This document shows, piece by piece, positions 1-10,456 of a stretch of DNA of 64,000 nucleotides. The position numbers and the translations under genes were made by a program. How positions within the stretch are numbered: the first letter of the stretch is position 1; the number at the start of each line of letters is the position of its first letter. The notes beneath the pieces were generated by a model. The model ran no database searches. It worked only from the letters and a program-made list of their open reading frames with translations, and was not told the origin of the DNA. Where the stretch lies: positions 5,146,001 to 5,210,000 of the forward strand of contig NC_073408.1 of NCBI RefSeq assembly GCF_028641065.1. Direction: 5' to 3'. This stretch comes from Leucoraja erinacea. Its lineage: Eukaryota.

Positions 1-1039
1 TACAAGGATAGATGCTGCTCCCTGCACCCACAAGCTTCTGAAGAAAGATCCCAAGCTGAAATGTCACCTATCCATCTTCTCCACAGATGCTGCCTGACCC
101 ACTGAGTTACTCCAGCACTGCCTTTTTTTGTAAACCAACATCTGCAGTTCTTTGTTTCCTTAACACTAGTAAGATGTTCAGCTCAGCATGTCAAAAAGAA
201 CTTCAAGCTAACTCAGTACCTCTGGAGGCCATCAATAGCAAGGATCAATTAAATAATCTTAATTGCCCAAAATAGCCATTTTACACAAATTGTAGTATGT
301 CTTTGCAAATTACTTATTATTTCATCTATAAAGGAGATGGTGTAGGATAAATAAATAAGTTATCAGTGTGGAGGAGATGCACGTGTACACTGCAGGAAGA
401 GAAGCTTGTGGAATGTGTGTTAGAACATCTAAAATGGTAATGTATGTTGGATCTTCCTTGCTAAGCGTACAACTATTGGCTCTCTGAGGAACCCCCAACA
501 CTTTCCATTTAAAGAGCATCTTCACAATCCTCAAACCCCAAGTATTTATTTCTAGAGCACCTCCAGAAGAATAAACAAGACAACTTTACAATCAGTTGTT
601 TTAGCTCATAACTAAGGTTAAGATTATCACATCTGAAGAAGGGTCTCGAACCCAAACGTCACCTATTTCCTTCGCTCCATGGATGCTGCCTTACCCGCTG
701 AGTTTCTCCAGCATTTTTGACTCCCCACATCTTAATGCAAGCTTCTTTATAAGAGCAGAGGCGTGGGTCACAATTAAATAATTGTCTGCATAACGACTTG
801 CACTTTTTCAGATTGTAAATATGTCTTGTTTGCTGAATGGCAATCTGTGGGCTATTCCTGATATTCTGTGGGCTTTCCTTTTCCACCCTTTTCCCGTCAT
901 TTTCACTGTTATATAATCGATTCAAAATGACGTATTGAGGTTATAATTCTATACAGAATGCCGCATTATGATAAAAAAAGATTTATTGCCGTTAACTTAG
1001 ATTCTACTGCTAAGGAATGGATGAACTGTATAATCTCAC

Positions 1040-1202
1040 CTGGGATTTCAAGGAGCAGGAAATACAGCCCAGCTGCATTTAAGGCACATTGTCTCTGGGT
1101 GACAGTAGCCTTTGTATCCTGAACCACATGGATAAAGTGATGTAACACAGCAACAAGTGCTCGATGGGAGAGATTATTCTCCGCAAACACTGTCCAAACA
1201 TC
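1040..1202 (-). CDS. NCAPD3: Condensin-2 subunit D3, coding exon 3 (gene continues beyond window start)
   Basis: tttAG|GAT acceptor and G|GTGAGA donor, 163 nt. Encodes DVWTVFAENNLSHRALVAVLHHF...AAGLYFLLLEIP, resembling human NCAPD3 [22 protein letters not shown]...AAGLYFLLLEVPG. Phase 0 in, matching exon 2. Confidence 0.93.
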
Positions 1203-1287
1203 CTAAATACAAATATGGATTAACATTCAGAAAAGAAAAATTAGATACAATTTAAAAAAAATTACATCCATAATCAAAAACAGAGGG

Positions 1288-1720
1288 GATCTATCGCAGT
1301 CGCTGCCTCAAAAAGGCTGCCAGCATCATCAAGGATCCACACCATCGTGGCCACTCACTCATCTCCCCTCTGCCTTCAGGTAGAAGGTACAGGAGCCTGA
1401 AATCTGCAAATTCCAGGTTCAGGAATAGCTACTTCCCCACAGCCATCAGGCTATTAAACTCAACTCAAACAAAACTCTGATCATTAATAGCCCATTGCAC
1501 TTTATCTGTTTATTTATATATGTGTATAATGTGCGTATATATATATAATACATATGTACACATATTTATATATATATATAAATATATTCATTGATATATG
1601 GTCACACTGATCTATATATATATATATATATTTATTTATGCCTACTATAATCTGTTGTGTTGAAGCAAAGCAAGAATTTCATTGTCCTATCTGGGACACA
1701 TGACAATAAACTCTCTTGAA
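1288..1720 (+). mobile_element. 3' end of Rex1/Babar-like LINE with an internal (TA)n tract
   Basis: Typical KAASIIKDPHH..GRRYRSL coding remnant, followed by an AATAAA tail. Confidence 0.65.
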
Positions 1721-2820
1721 TCTAATACACTTCTTCAGATGAATAGGTCACAAAATTAAGATCCAAACAGCATGGTTTTGGACCAAATAGATTTTATGCA
1801 AAATAAAAATGGTTGTGAAAAGTTAATCACCTCTACTAGATAATCCAAGAATGCATTCTGCACATACTACCAAGTTTGGTTGGAGGTAGGTGTAGCTGAG
1901 AATAAAAGCTCATTGTCCAACAACTTGTCTATTAAAAACCTTTCTCACTTGTAAACACATTTCACTTGCCAGGCTTTGTCTCTCCCTCCTGTCTTTTAGC
2001 TTTCTTCACCCCCAACACAATCAATCTGAAGAAGGGTCTGAAACATCACCCATCCATGTTCTCCAAAGATGCTGCCTGACTGTCCGAGTGACTCCAGCAC
2101 TTTGTGTCTTTTTTGTTAACCAGCATCTGCAGTTCCTCGTTTCTGCTTCTTACAATACTTGTCAATAAGACTTTAGAGCTTGCATTGGATATCTATATAC
2201 ATACAAAGTTCACCAGCTCTTGAATTACCAAAATAATTCAATTTGAAATAAACAATCAGTAAGTATTATCAACCAACATCAGAAAATTAAAAGTTGCTTT
2301 TGTAATATGTACCGCCGCCATAAGGTTATTGGAGTGAAACGTCATTACATCACAATGAGGAGAATATTGTGTAAACAATTGTGGCCCCACTAAATCACCA
2401 ATCAACTGAATTATCATACACATTTTACAGATGCCTTAAATGTAAGCAATGGATATTTGAGGGCAGCAAGAGTGTAGATCATAATGTCCATTAAAAAAAA
2501 ATCTACAAAGAAAGCAAGAGAAAAGCTGCCTTTAACTTGGAACTGGAGATGCTGAAGATAGATACAAAATGCTGGGGCAACTCAGCAGGACAGGCAGCAT
2601 CTCTGGAAAGAAGGGATGGGTGGCATTTTGGGTAGAGACCCTTCTTCTGAATCCCATCCCTTCTCTCCAGAAATTATGCCTGTCCCGCTGAGTTACTCCA
2701 GCATCTTATGTCTATCTTCAGTGAAAGGCAGCATCTTCAGTTCCTTCCTACACATTTTGTATGCCTTTAACCTGCATTGATAACAACTTGATTTCAGCAA
2801 GTTTCAGCCAGAATACTTAC

Positions 2821-2981
2821 ACCCACTTCCACATTTTGCTGCGACTGGTCAACAAACTTAAAGATACTCTTATAAAGTTGGGTGAATGCCTCAAGTGCAT
2901 TTTCCGTAATCTCCTCTTCCAAGAATTCATCTAACGGTTCAGTCTCTGTAAAATCCACCTCCCATATCGTATCCACCCACG
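2821..2981 (-). CDS. NCAPD3: NCAPD3 coding exon 2
   Basis: ttttcAG acceptor and GTAAGT donor, 161 nt. WVDTIWEVDFTETEPLD matches NCAPD3 WVDTVWELDFTETEPLD. Confidence 0.95.
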
Positions 2982-4338
2982 CTGAAAATATAAACATCAA
3001 GATTAAATGCATCTGCCAAAAATTAACAGGAATAATGCAAGAAATGAATTAACATCTATCTCTACATAACTAAAACTCTGAGTTAGCTGTGAGTCCCCAT
3101 CGCACCATCCCCCAGCTCCAGCCCCATCACCTCTGATCCTCCCCTCGTTGGCTCCTGCCCCCCCCTCCTCTGTGATACCCCCCTATCCCCCATGGTTCTT
3201 CCCCCATCCTTTCTACGAGCTCTCTCTTCCTCCTCCCCTCCACCCTGCCAACACAACCCCCTCCCCCGCCCACATACCCCCCCCCCACCACAAACCCCAT
3301 CCTCCCCAGCCCAACCCCGCTCCAATTCCTGAGGAACGCGCTCCCCGACGGGACCAACCGATAACCACCCCGGACAAGGAGAGATGTGCAGCCGACCGTC
3401 CCAGGCCTGCTGGGGAATGCCGCCCCGCCCCGGAGCTGGAGCAGAGCCGGAGCCATCACCTCCCTTCCGCGCCAGCCATAAGCCCAGTGCCGCCACAGCT
3501 ACGGGCCGGTGCCCCGCCAGCCCAGGGCCACCGCAGACACCTCTCCCCGTTCCTGGACAGGGACAGCCCAGCAGCAACTCAACAGCGCCCACAGCACCGG
3601 AGACACAGGCCTGACCCCGACCAAAACGCAGGTCTGCACACACGCAGCAGCCCAGCAGCCGAGAATGCTTATCTCGAGTGACCAATGACCTGGGCATGCG
3701 CAGTTGAAATACCGAACTCGCTTATTGAAGGTTTGTTATACATATACTTAAAAATTTACCAACTTCAGCCTGAATACAATTATCACAGTTCTCTGGCCTA
3801 TAGAACTCCAAAAACAAACACTTCTTCAATGGAATGTTTCTACTCATCTCAACTATGTTGCCCGATTTCAAATCACAGAAGTGACATGTTATCATAGCAC
3901 AGGAAAACTGCCCAAACATTACCACTTGATTGCTAGCAATAAACATTTAAATGCAGAAAGATTGCGTTTATTAAAATATTTTTTTCATGACATTTGGATC
4001 ATTGACATTTCCCAACTTTAAACTGTAGCCCCATCAACCCCATTATCAACTATAATCAAACCTCACTGACATGCCAACCAACTCTCTCTCCCCCCGATTC
4101 TTTTCCACCCAGCTACAGTCAATTTATTAAAAAACTACAACTTGAATCAAAGGGTCAACTTGACCCATAGAATCCTAATTTTAAACTCGCCAGTTACATA
4201 ATGCTATTTTGGTATCTCGACTGAAGAAATTTCGTGACAGCAGAAGGTGTCGATTTCCTCCAATAAACAATCACAGCGTAAACAATGAATGGTGCCAGGC
4301 CTTTGATGAATTGGGTAAAGAAACAAAATAATAACAGA

Positions 4339-4578
4339 GGTTACACAAAAAAGCTGGAGAAACTCAGCGGGTGCAGCAGCATCTATGGTGCGAAGGAAAT
4401 AGGCAACGTTTCGGGCCGAAACCCTTCTTCAGACGGAGAAGAGAAAAACCCGTCTGAAGAAGGGTTTCGGCCCGAAACGTTGCCTATTTCCTTTGCTCCA
4501 TAGATGCTGCTGCACCCGCTGAGTTTGTCCAGCTTTTTTGTGTAACCTTCGATTCTTCAGCATCTGCAGTTCCCTCTT
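4339..4578. mobile_element. Penelope-derived short element in inverted-repeat form with 18-bp TSD
   Basis: 98-nt arms at 4339-4436 and 4450-4547. AAACAAAATAATAACAGA is duplicated at 4321-4338 and 4579-4596. Same sequence as the tail of the GIY-YIG-bearing copy at 30.3-30.9 kb. Confidence 0.85.
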
Positions 4579-4724
4579 AAACAAAATAATAACAGATGCC
4601 CGCATCTTTCCGTTACCCCCTCCCCGTTCTGCCCGCTCCACCCTGTTACCCCGGTGCTGTATTCCCCCGCTCCCCGTTACCGGCTCTGATCCCCTCGCTC
4701 TCCCCGTTACCCTGCCCGTGTTAC

Positions 4725-4785
4725 CGGCGCTGATCCGCCGCAGCCCGAGCGCCTCCAGTTCCCGCACCGCCGCCGCTCCGGCCAT
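4725..4785 (-). CDS. NCAPD3: NCAPD3 coding exon 1
   Basis: ATG at 4785 in context acaATGG. Encodes MAGAAAVRELEALGLRRISA plus 1 nt, then a GTAAC donor. Phase 1 joins exon 2 in frame. Lies in a CpG island. Confidence 0.8.
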
Positions 4786-5755
4786 TGTTCCCGCCAAAAC
4801 ACCGCCACCGCACTCGGGACGCCAGCCAACGCCAACGCCAACGCCCGCGCTCCAGTCTCACTTCACCACCACTGCTGCTGCTGCTGTTGTTGCCGGCGTG
4901 TAATACCAACTGTAATTATTATTATTATTAATAATGATGATAATATTCCGCCTCATTCACATTTTTTTTAACGTTTGTATTTCCCGCGACGGGAAGGCGT
5001 TTTCGCGCCTGCGCAGTCGGTTCCGGAGGCGGGTTTAAAACAAAACAATATATATAACTGGAGCATACTTAAAAATGCTGAGGGGGGTATTAATAGGGGA
5101 GGGTGAGGACGCATTTAATACCGGGGCGCGATTCCTCCGCTGAGGAATGTTGAAGAGAAACATCTTGGTGTGTGGTGGTGGGGAAAGGGAAAGGCTCCAC
5201 GGTCACATGATGCGCACGGGGTGCGGGGCAAAGGGGACGCATGCGCGCTGGGTGCGGGGCAAAGGGGGCGCATGCGCGCTGGGTGCGGGGCAAGGGGACG
5301 CATGCGCGCTGGGTGCGGGGCAAAGGGGACGCATGCGCGCTGGGTGCGGGGCAAAGGGGACGCATGCGCGCTGGGTGCGGGGCAAAGGGGACGCATGCGC
5401 GCTGGGTGCGGGGCAAACCGGACGCATGCGCCCTATGTGCGGGGCAAAGGGGACGCAAGCGCGCTGTATGTGTGTGCAGGGTGGCTGGCGATGCCGGCGC
5501 ATGCGCGATGTGAGGTGGGTGCTGGCAGTCGCTGAGACCGGGGGAGAGGTCGGCGCCGCCGCTCCGTAGGGAAAGACCGGGGATCAGAGTGGGCCTGGTA
5601 ACGCTTGGCCCTTCTCACTTCTGAGACAGCCACCCCCACTGGGCTTCCTCACAGCCGCTGCTCCGGGGCAGCCGCTCCCTCCCTCCCTCCCTCCCTCTGG
5701 GCCGAAGGCCTCGCCAACCGCCGCGACCTGACCCGACCACAGCCGCGGGTACACC
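4786..5755. promoter_or_regulatory. CpG-island bidirectional promoter and 5' UTRs between NCAPD3 and VPS26B
   Basis: Divergent ATGs 970 bp apart. CpG-rich, with NRF1-like motifs (GCGCCTGCGCA ~5005, GCGCATGCGC ~5268 and ~5497) and an ETS-like TTCCGG (~5021). The same head-to-head arrangement exists in human. Confidence 0.8.
5219..5465 (+). repeat. 31-bp GC-rich minisatellite, 8 copies
   Basis: Unit GGGTGCGGGGCAAAGGGGACGCATGCGCGCT; copy 3 is 30 bp and copies 7-8 are diverged. Confidence 0.97.
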
Positions 5756-5978
5756 ATGAGCTTCTTCAGCTTCGGGCAGAGCGCGGAGATCGACGTCGTG
5801 CTAAACGATGCCGAGACGCGCAAGAAAGTGGAGCACAAGACGGAGGACGGCAAGAAGGATAAATACTTCTTGTTCTACGACGGCGAGACCGTGTCCGGGA
5901 AGGTGAACGTCAGCCTGAAAAACCCGGGCAAAAGGTTCGAGCATCAAGGCATTAAAGTGGAGTTCATCGGGCAGATCG
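5756..5978 (+). CDS. VPS26B: Retromer subunit VPS26B, coding exon 1
   Basis: accATG start. MSFFSFGQSAEIDVVLNDAETRKKVEHKTEDGKKDKYFLFYDGETVSGKV...FIGQI. G|GTAGG donor, 223 nt. Confidence 0.97.
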
Positions 5979-8066
5979 GTAGGAAACCTCTCGACCTCTG
6001 GCCTAAGTACACTGGACGCAGTGTGGCTTAATCATGTATTTGGAAATCTTAAAGTGATTGGAATAATGGTGTAAGAGTCGTATTTAAGTAACAGGACACT
6101 GCTGGAGGAGCTCAGGGGGTCAGGCAGCATCTGTGGAGGGAGATGGGTTGACGACGTTTCCGTATCCCTCTATTCCCTCCCTGCCTGTTGGTATTTAAAT
6201 GCCTCTTAGATATTGCTGTCAGATCTGTTTCATTGCCACATTGAAGCAGATATGATTGTAATGTTTAATGGGGATGGGTCTGAAGAAGGGCCCCAACTCG
6301 AAACATCAGCTGCCCACTCCTTCCACAGATGCTGCCTGTACCGCCAGCACTTTGCTCGTGATTCCAGCATCTGCAGTTCCTTGTGTCTCCATTTAAGTAT
6401 CAGGTGTCATTGAACTTGCAGGTGATGGAATGTTGAGCAAAACTTAGTGCTGGTCTTCAGAAGGGTATCCTGACCCTAAATATCTTCTGTCAACACATGT
6501 TCCAGAACTTGCAGGCAGCTCTTCCCAAAGATCCTGTGGAACACAGACTACACGTTTTGATGATGATAGGAATGCTCCTTGCCCCTTTTTCCATTAATGA
6601 ATCAAGCTGTTGGCTATTGATTCAAGTACTGGTGTTGATCATTAATTGTGAGCATAGGTGCTTTTGCATGTGTAAATATTTAAAGAAAATATTGCTGTCT
6701 CCAATGTATTCTCAATTTTATTTGCCAGATATGAAGGAGGCCTAGAATGTTTTGAAGCAGCGAATGCAGTGAGACTGGAACATTTGTCTCTGCTTTACAT
6801 GTGACCTCCCTCATTTTGCCTCCCTGTAAACTTAAAAACATCCCCCAAATTCCGTCACATTTTCGTCATGGATATGAATCGCATGCAGGCAGAGGACATT
6901 AGATTAAGTAGGCATCGTGTTCAGCAGAGACATTGTGGGCTAAAGGGCCTGGTCCCGTGATGTACTGTTCCCAGTAACTTATTCTCGCCCAAATCCCTAG
7001 TGCTCCCTGGCTTGCATCAGTTTTCAGTTAATGCCTCTTAATAGTGTCACCCTTAAGTCAATTTGCATCGTGATCTAGCCGTTTATTATATGACTATTCA
7101 GCTGTCTTATAACTGAAGTCAGATATTTCCCATCTATACCCCACTTACTTTGTTTTGACATGTTTAAAACCCACTTTCATTCATCTCTTCCCGTCCTACT
7201 TAATATCTCTGTAACTCAATTTGAAAGTCCTTTTGTCCCATTGGTATATTCCCAAAAGTTCATGTATGCGTCATGGTGGCATAGCAGTTATTGCTGCTGC
7301 TTCACATCTCGTTTGATCTGAGTTTAATCCTGCTATCTCTTGTTTTCAATATGGCATTTTCACATTGTTCATGTGCCTTTGTGGGTTCCCACCCCCCACG
7401 GTGATCCATTTTTCTTCATCATCTTGAAAATGTGCTGGTTAGTTTGCTACTATAAATGCCCCTTTATAGGTAGCTGATTGGAGATGGAGAAAAGGGCATG
7501 CAGGAGAATAAGTTACTGGGTAATTGATATTGGTTGTTCTTCAATGATTTACATTGAATGGCAGAGTGCTTTTTTTCAGCTTTTTTTTTGTGCTACTGTT
7601 TCTACCAAGTATAAGCAACACCATTCAATTTCCTTTGACATGGAATGATCACATTTCTCTTTGTAGTTTTTATTTCTTATAGAAATAAATGTTTCCGCAA
7701 ATTATATTTTATGTTTAAATGTTATTTATTGACTACAGCCAACTTTCACCTTGAATCTTTTGTAGTTTTGTTTGTTTAGATTTGAAACCCTAGTTTTGGA
7801 CTGAATTTCATTAATTAAATCTTCTTTGTAAAATTCTATCATATAATGGCCACTGTTCCCTAACGATTCCTTTACAACAAGATCATCAATTCTTAAGTTG
7901 GAGACAAGGGCTTTAAAAATATATACAGATGTGCGGCAGTGTAAATTGATATTGGTTGTTCAATGGTAGTGTAACCAGAAGGCTTTGTGATCATATAGAC
8001 ACAGCTTGTGGTGCAACAGAGCCAGTGCAAGCGTGAAAATACTTAGTGTAAGATTAATTGCAAATA

Positions 8067-8320
8067 GTGGTACAGCGGTAGAGTTGCTGCCTCACAGCGC
8101 CAGAGTACCCGGGTTTGATCCTGACTACAGGCGCCGTCTGTGCAAAGTTTGTACATTCTCCCTGTGACTGCGTGGGTTTTCGGGTGCTCCGGTTTCCTTC
8201 CACATTCTAAAGACTTGCAGGTTTGTAGGTTAACTGGCTTCTGTAAATTGCAAAAGTGAGATAGCTGAACTACTGTGTGGGTGATCGATCATCTGCGTGA
8301 ACTTGGTGATCTTCTAAACT
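8067..8320 (+). mobile_element. tRNA-derived V-SINE/HE1-like SINE
   Basis: A/B-box head (GGTACAGCGGTAG...GGTTTGATCC) followed by the conserved central domain. Confidence 0.8.
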
Positions 8321-8619
8321 CTAGTGGCTCAGAAAAATTAAGTTGTTTTTGAGTTTTGTTATGGACAGGCGAAAGGAATTTCTGCAGGCAGTTGGGTGAA
8401 CGGCAATAGTGACATTGAATGCAATGCTGAAGAGAGAAAGTTCACTATCATTAGTGTACAGGATAGCCAAACCCATGGTAGGAGTTGGTATCATTGCGGA
8501 AGAAAGTAGATTGTAATTGACTCTCAAGATGGAATTGTGGCTCATTGCCATAGATTGCCCTGTTTATGTACTACCTAGTCCATTGTGTTCAGGCCAGAGC
8601 TGTCAATGTCCCCAAAGTT

Positions 8620-9060
8620 AACATTGTAGAGCTGATCTAGTACAGAAATGAGATAGTGAACTTAGTGACATGATGTCAGGATAATAACCTCTCAATGTTG
8701 GCAAGATGAAGGAGCTGGTTTTTGACTTAAGGAAGCATGGTGGAATGCATGCCCCAATCAGCATCAATTGTGTGGATGTGGAAATCATTGAGAGCTGCTT
8801 TTGTGTTGATATTACCATGGATCTGTTGTATGTCAATCACATTGATGCGATAGCCAAGAAGGCACACCAAAGCCTCTATTTCCTGAGTAGACTGAAGAAA
8901 TTCAGCATGTCTACAATGACTCTTATAAACTTCTATAGATGTATCATAGGACGCATGCTGTTTGGGTTGCATCACAGCTTGGTTTGTGAACAGCTGTGCC
9001 CAACACACAAGAAATTGCAGAGAGTTGTAGGTGTAATGCAGTTCATGACACAAACAAAGC
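8620..9060 (+). mobile_element. Decayed Rex1/Babar-like LINE ORF2 C-terminal fragment
   Basis: KELVFDLRK...KKAHQSLYFLSRLKKF...INFYRCII motif. Confidence 0.8.
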
Positions 9061-10038
9061 CTTGATTATGACTGAAGAAGGGTCTCGACCTGAAAAGTCA
9101 CCCATACCTTCTCTCCAGAGATGCTGCCTGTCCCACTGAGTTACTCCAGCTTTTTGTGTCTATCTTCGGTTTAAACCAGCATCTGCAGTTCCTTCTTACA
9201 CATAATCAAAGACTTGTCCCACCCCAGTCCTTGCTTCTTCCCCTCCATTATCAGCCTGCTGAATAGTCCTTCCATAAGCTTGCTTAATGTCTGATTCACC
9301 TCTACCCCATTGAGGACATTGGACTTTGTCGAAAGAACTGAACTACAATGCTGCGAACTATATTCTTTAGTTTATTATTGTCATGTGTACCAAGGTACAG
9401 TGAAAGATTTTTGTTGCATGCTATTCAGTCGGCCAACTGTCCCTGAATGTGGAGGCATGAGTTTTCACACTTCTGTACCTCTTGGGAGAAGGGAGAAGAG
9501 GGAGTGTGTGTGAGGCTCGTCCTTGATTATGCTGGCGGCCTTGCCAAGCCGGTGTGACGTGTAGCTGGAGTCTGCATTATGTATCTTCCCCATTGCTCTA
9601 TCCATTGTACTTCAGTTTATATCTATGTATGGTATATCTGATCTGTTTGGATAGCATGTGTTTCACAGTACCTCAGTACATGTGACACCAATGAACCTAA
9701 ACTTGGTGGCTTCATGTGTGATTTGCTCAAAAGATGCTGATATGACAATTTACTGTATGAATTTTACCAGTAACCAAAAGAAAAACTGCATTTCCCCTTT
9801 TGCTAATTTTCTCATTGTACACTCTTGTGCATAGAAGTTTACATTGGCAGCTGTGGACTGTGATAACGTTATCAGGGAATACTTTCAGCACACAAAAGTG
9901 GTATTTGTCTTTTTGGCACCTTAGTTGCAACTTTTCCTGTTATTCTTGGGTTCTTGCCGGCAAACAAGGTATTTGAATACTTCTTTAATAGTTCCCTTAA
10001 TTTGACCACTACCTAGCACTGCACAAATTCAAGGCTAA

Positions 10039-10456
10039 AGGGCCTGTCCCACTTAGGCTATTTTTAGGCGACTGCCGGCGACTGTCATAGTCGTAGCAGA
10101 TCGCTGAAAAACTGGCGACTGGACCACCCCTTCGACATAACATTTGAAATAGAATCATTACTTTTACAACAACAAAAAAGCCGAAGTCAGCTTTGGCGAC
10201 AACCTACGTTAACCTGGCGACAACTACGACAGCACCTACGTCAGGAGAAGTCAAGCTACGCTCATTGTCGTCAAACCCACTGTCTCCAAAAAGTTTTCAA
10301 CATGTTGAAAATCCAGCGGCGAACAGAAAGACGCTACGACTCTTTGGGCGACTGAGGAGACGACTCACGACCATACAGGTGACACTCCGGTGACAATGTG
10401 GTGAAAGCCTAGTCGCATGTAGTCACCTCAAAAATAGCTTGAGTGGGACAGGCCCT
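10039..10456. mobile_element. PIF/Harbinger-type MITE
   Basis: TIRs AGGGCCTGTCCCACTTAGGCTATTTTT / AAAAATAGCTTGAGTGGGACAGGCCCT, with TAA on both sides. Confidence 0.85.

Noticed and set aside
322-925. Minus-strand ORFs as candidate NCAPD3 exon 4
   Set aside because: No resemblance to the expected GSVANQVFHPVMFDKC segment; one ORF runs into a Penelope repeat.
2352-2410. C/D-box-like motifs (ATGAGGA...CTGA) in NCAPD3 intron 2
   Set aside because: Imperfect C box, no convincing terminal stem or guide sequence.
3083-3697. 204-aa and 177-aa ORFs
   Set aside because: Gly- or Pro-rich products of GC-rich low-complexity DNA with no recognisable domain.
5090-5569. Six overlapping repetitive ORFs; superficially CRISPR-like periodicity
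   Set aside because: Artefact of a stop-free 31-bp tandem repeat; there are no unique spacers.
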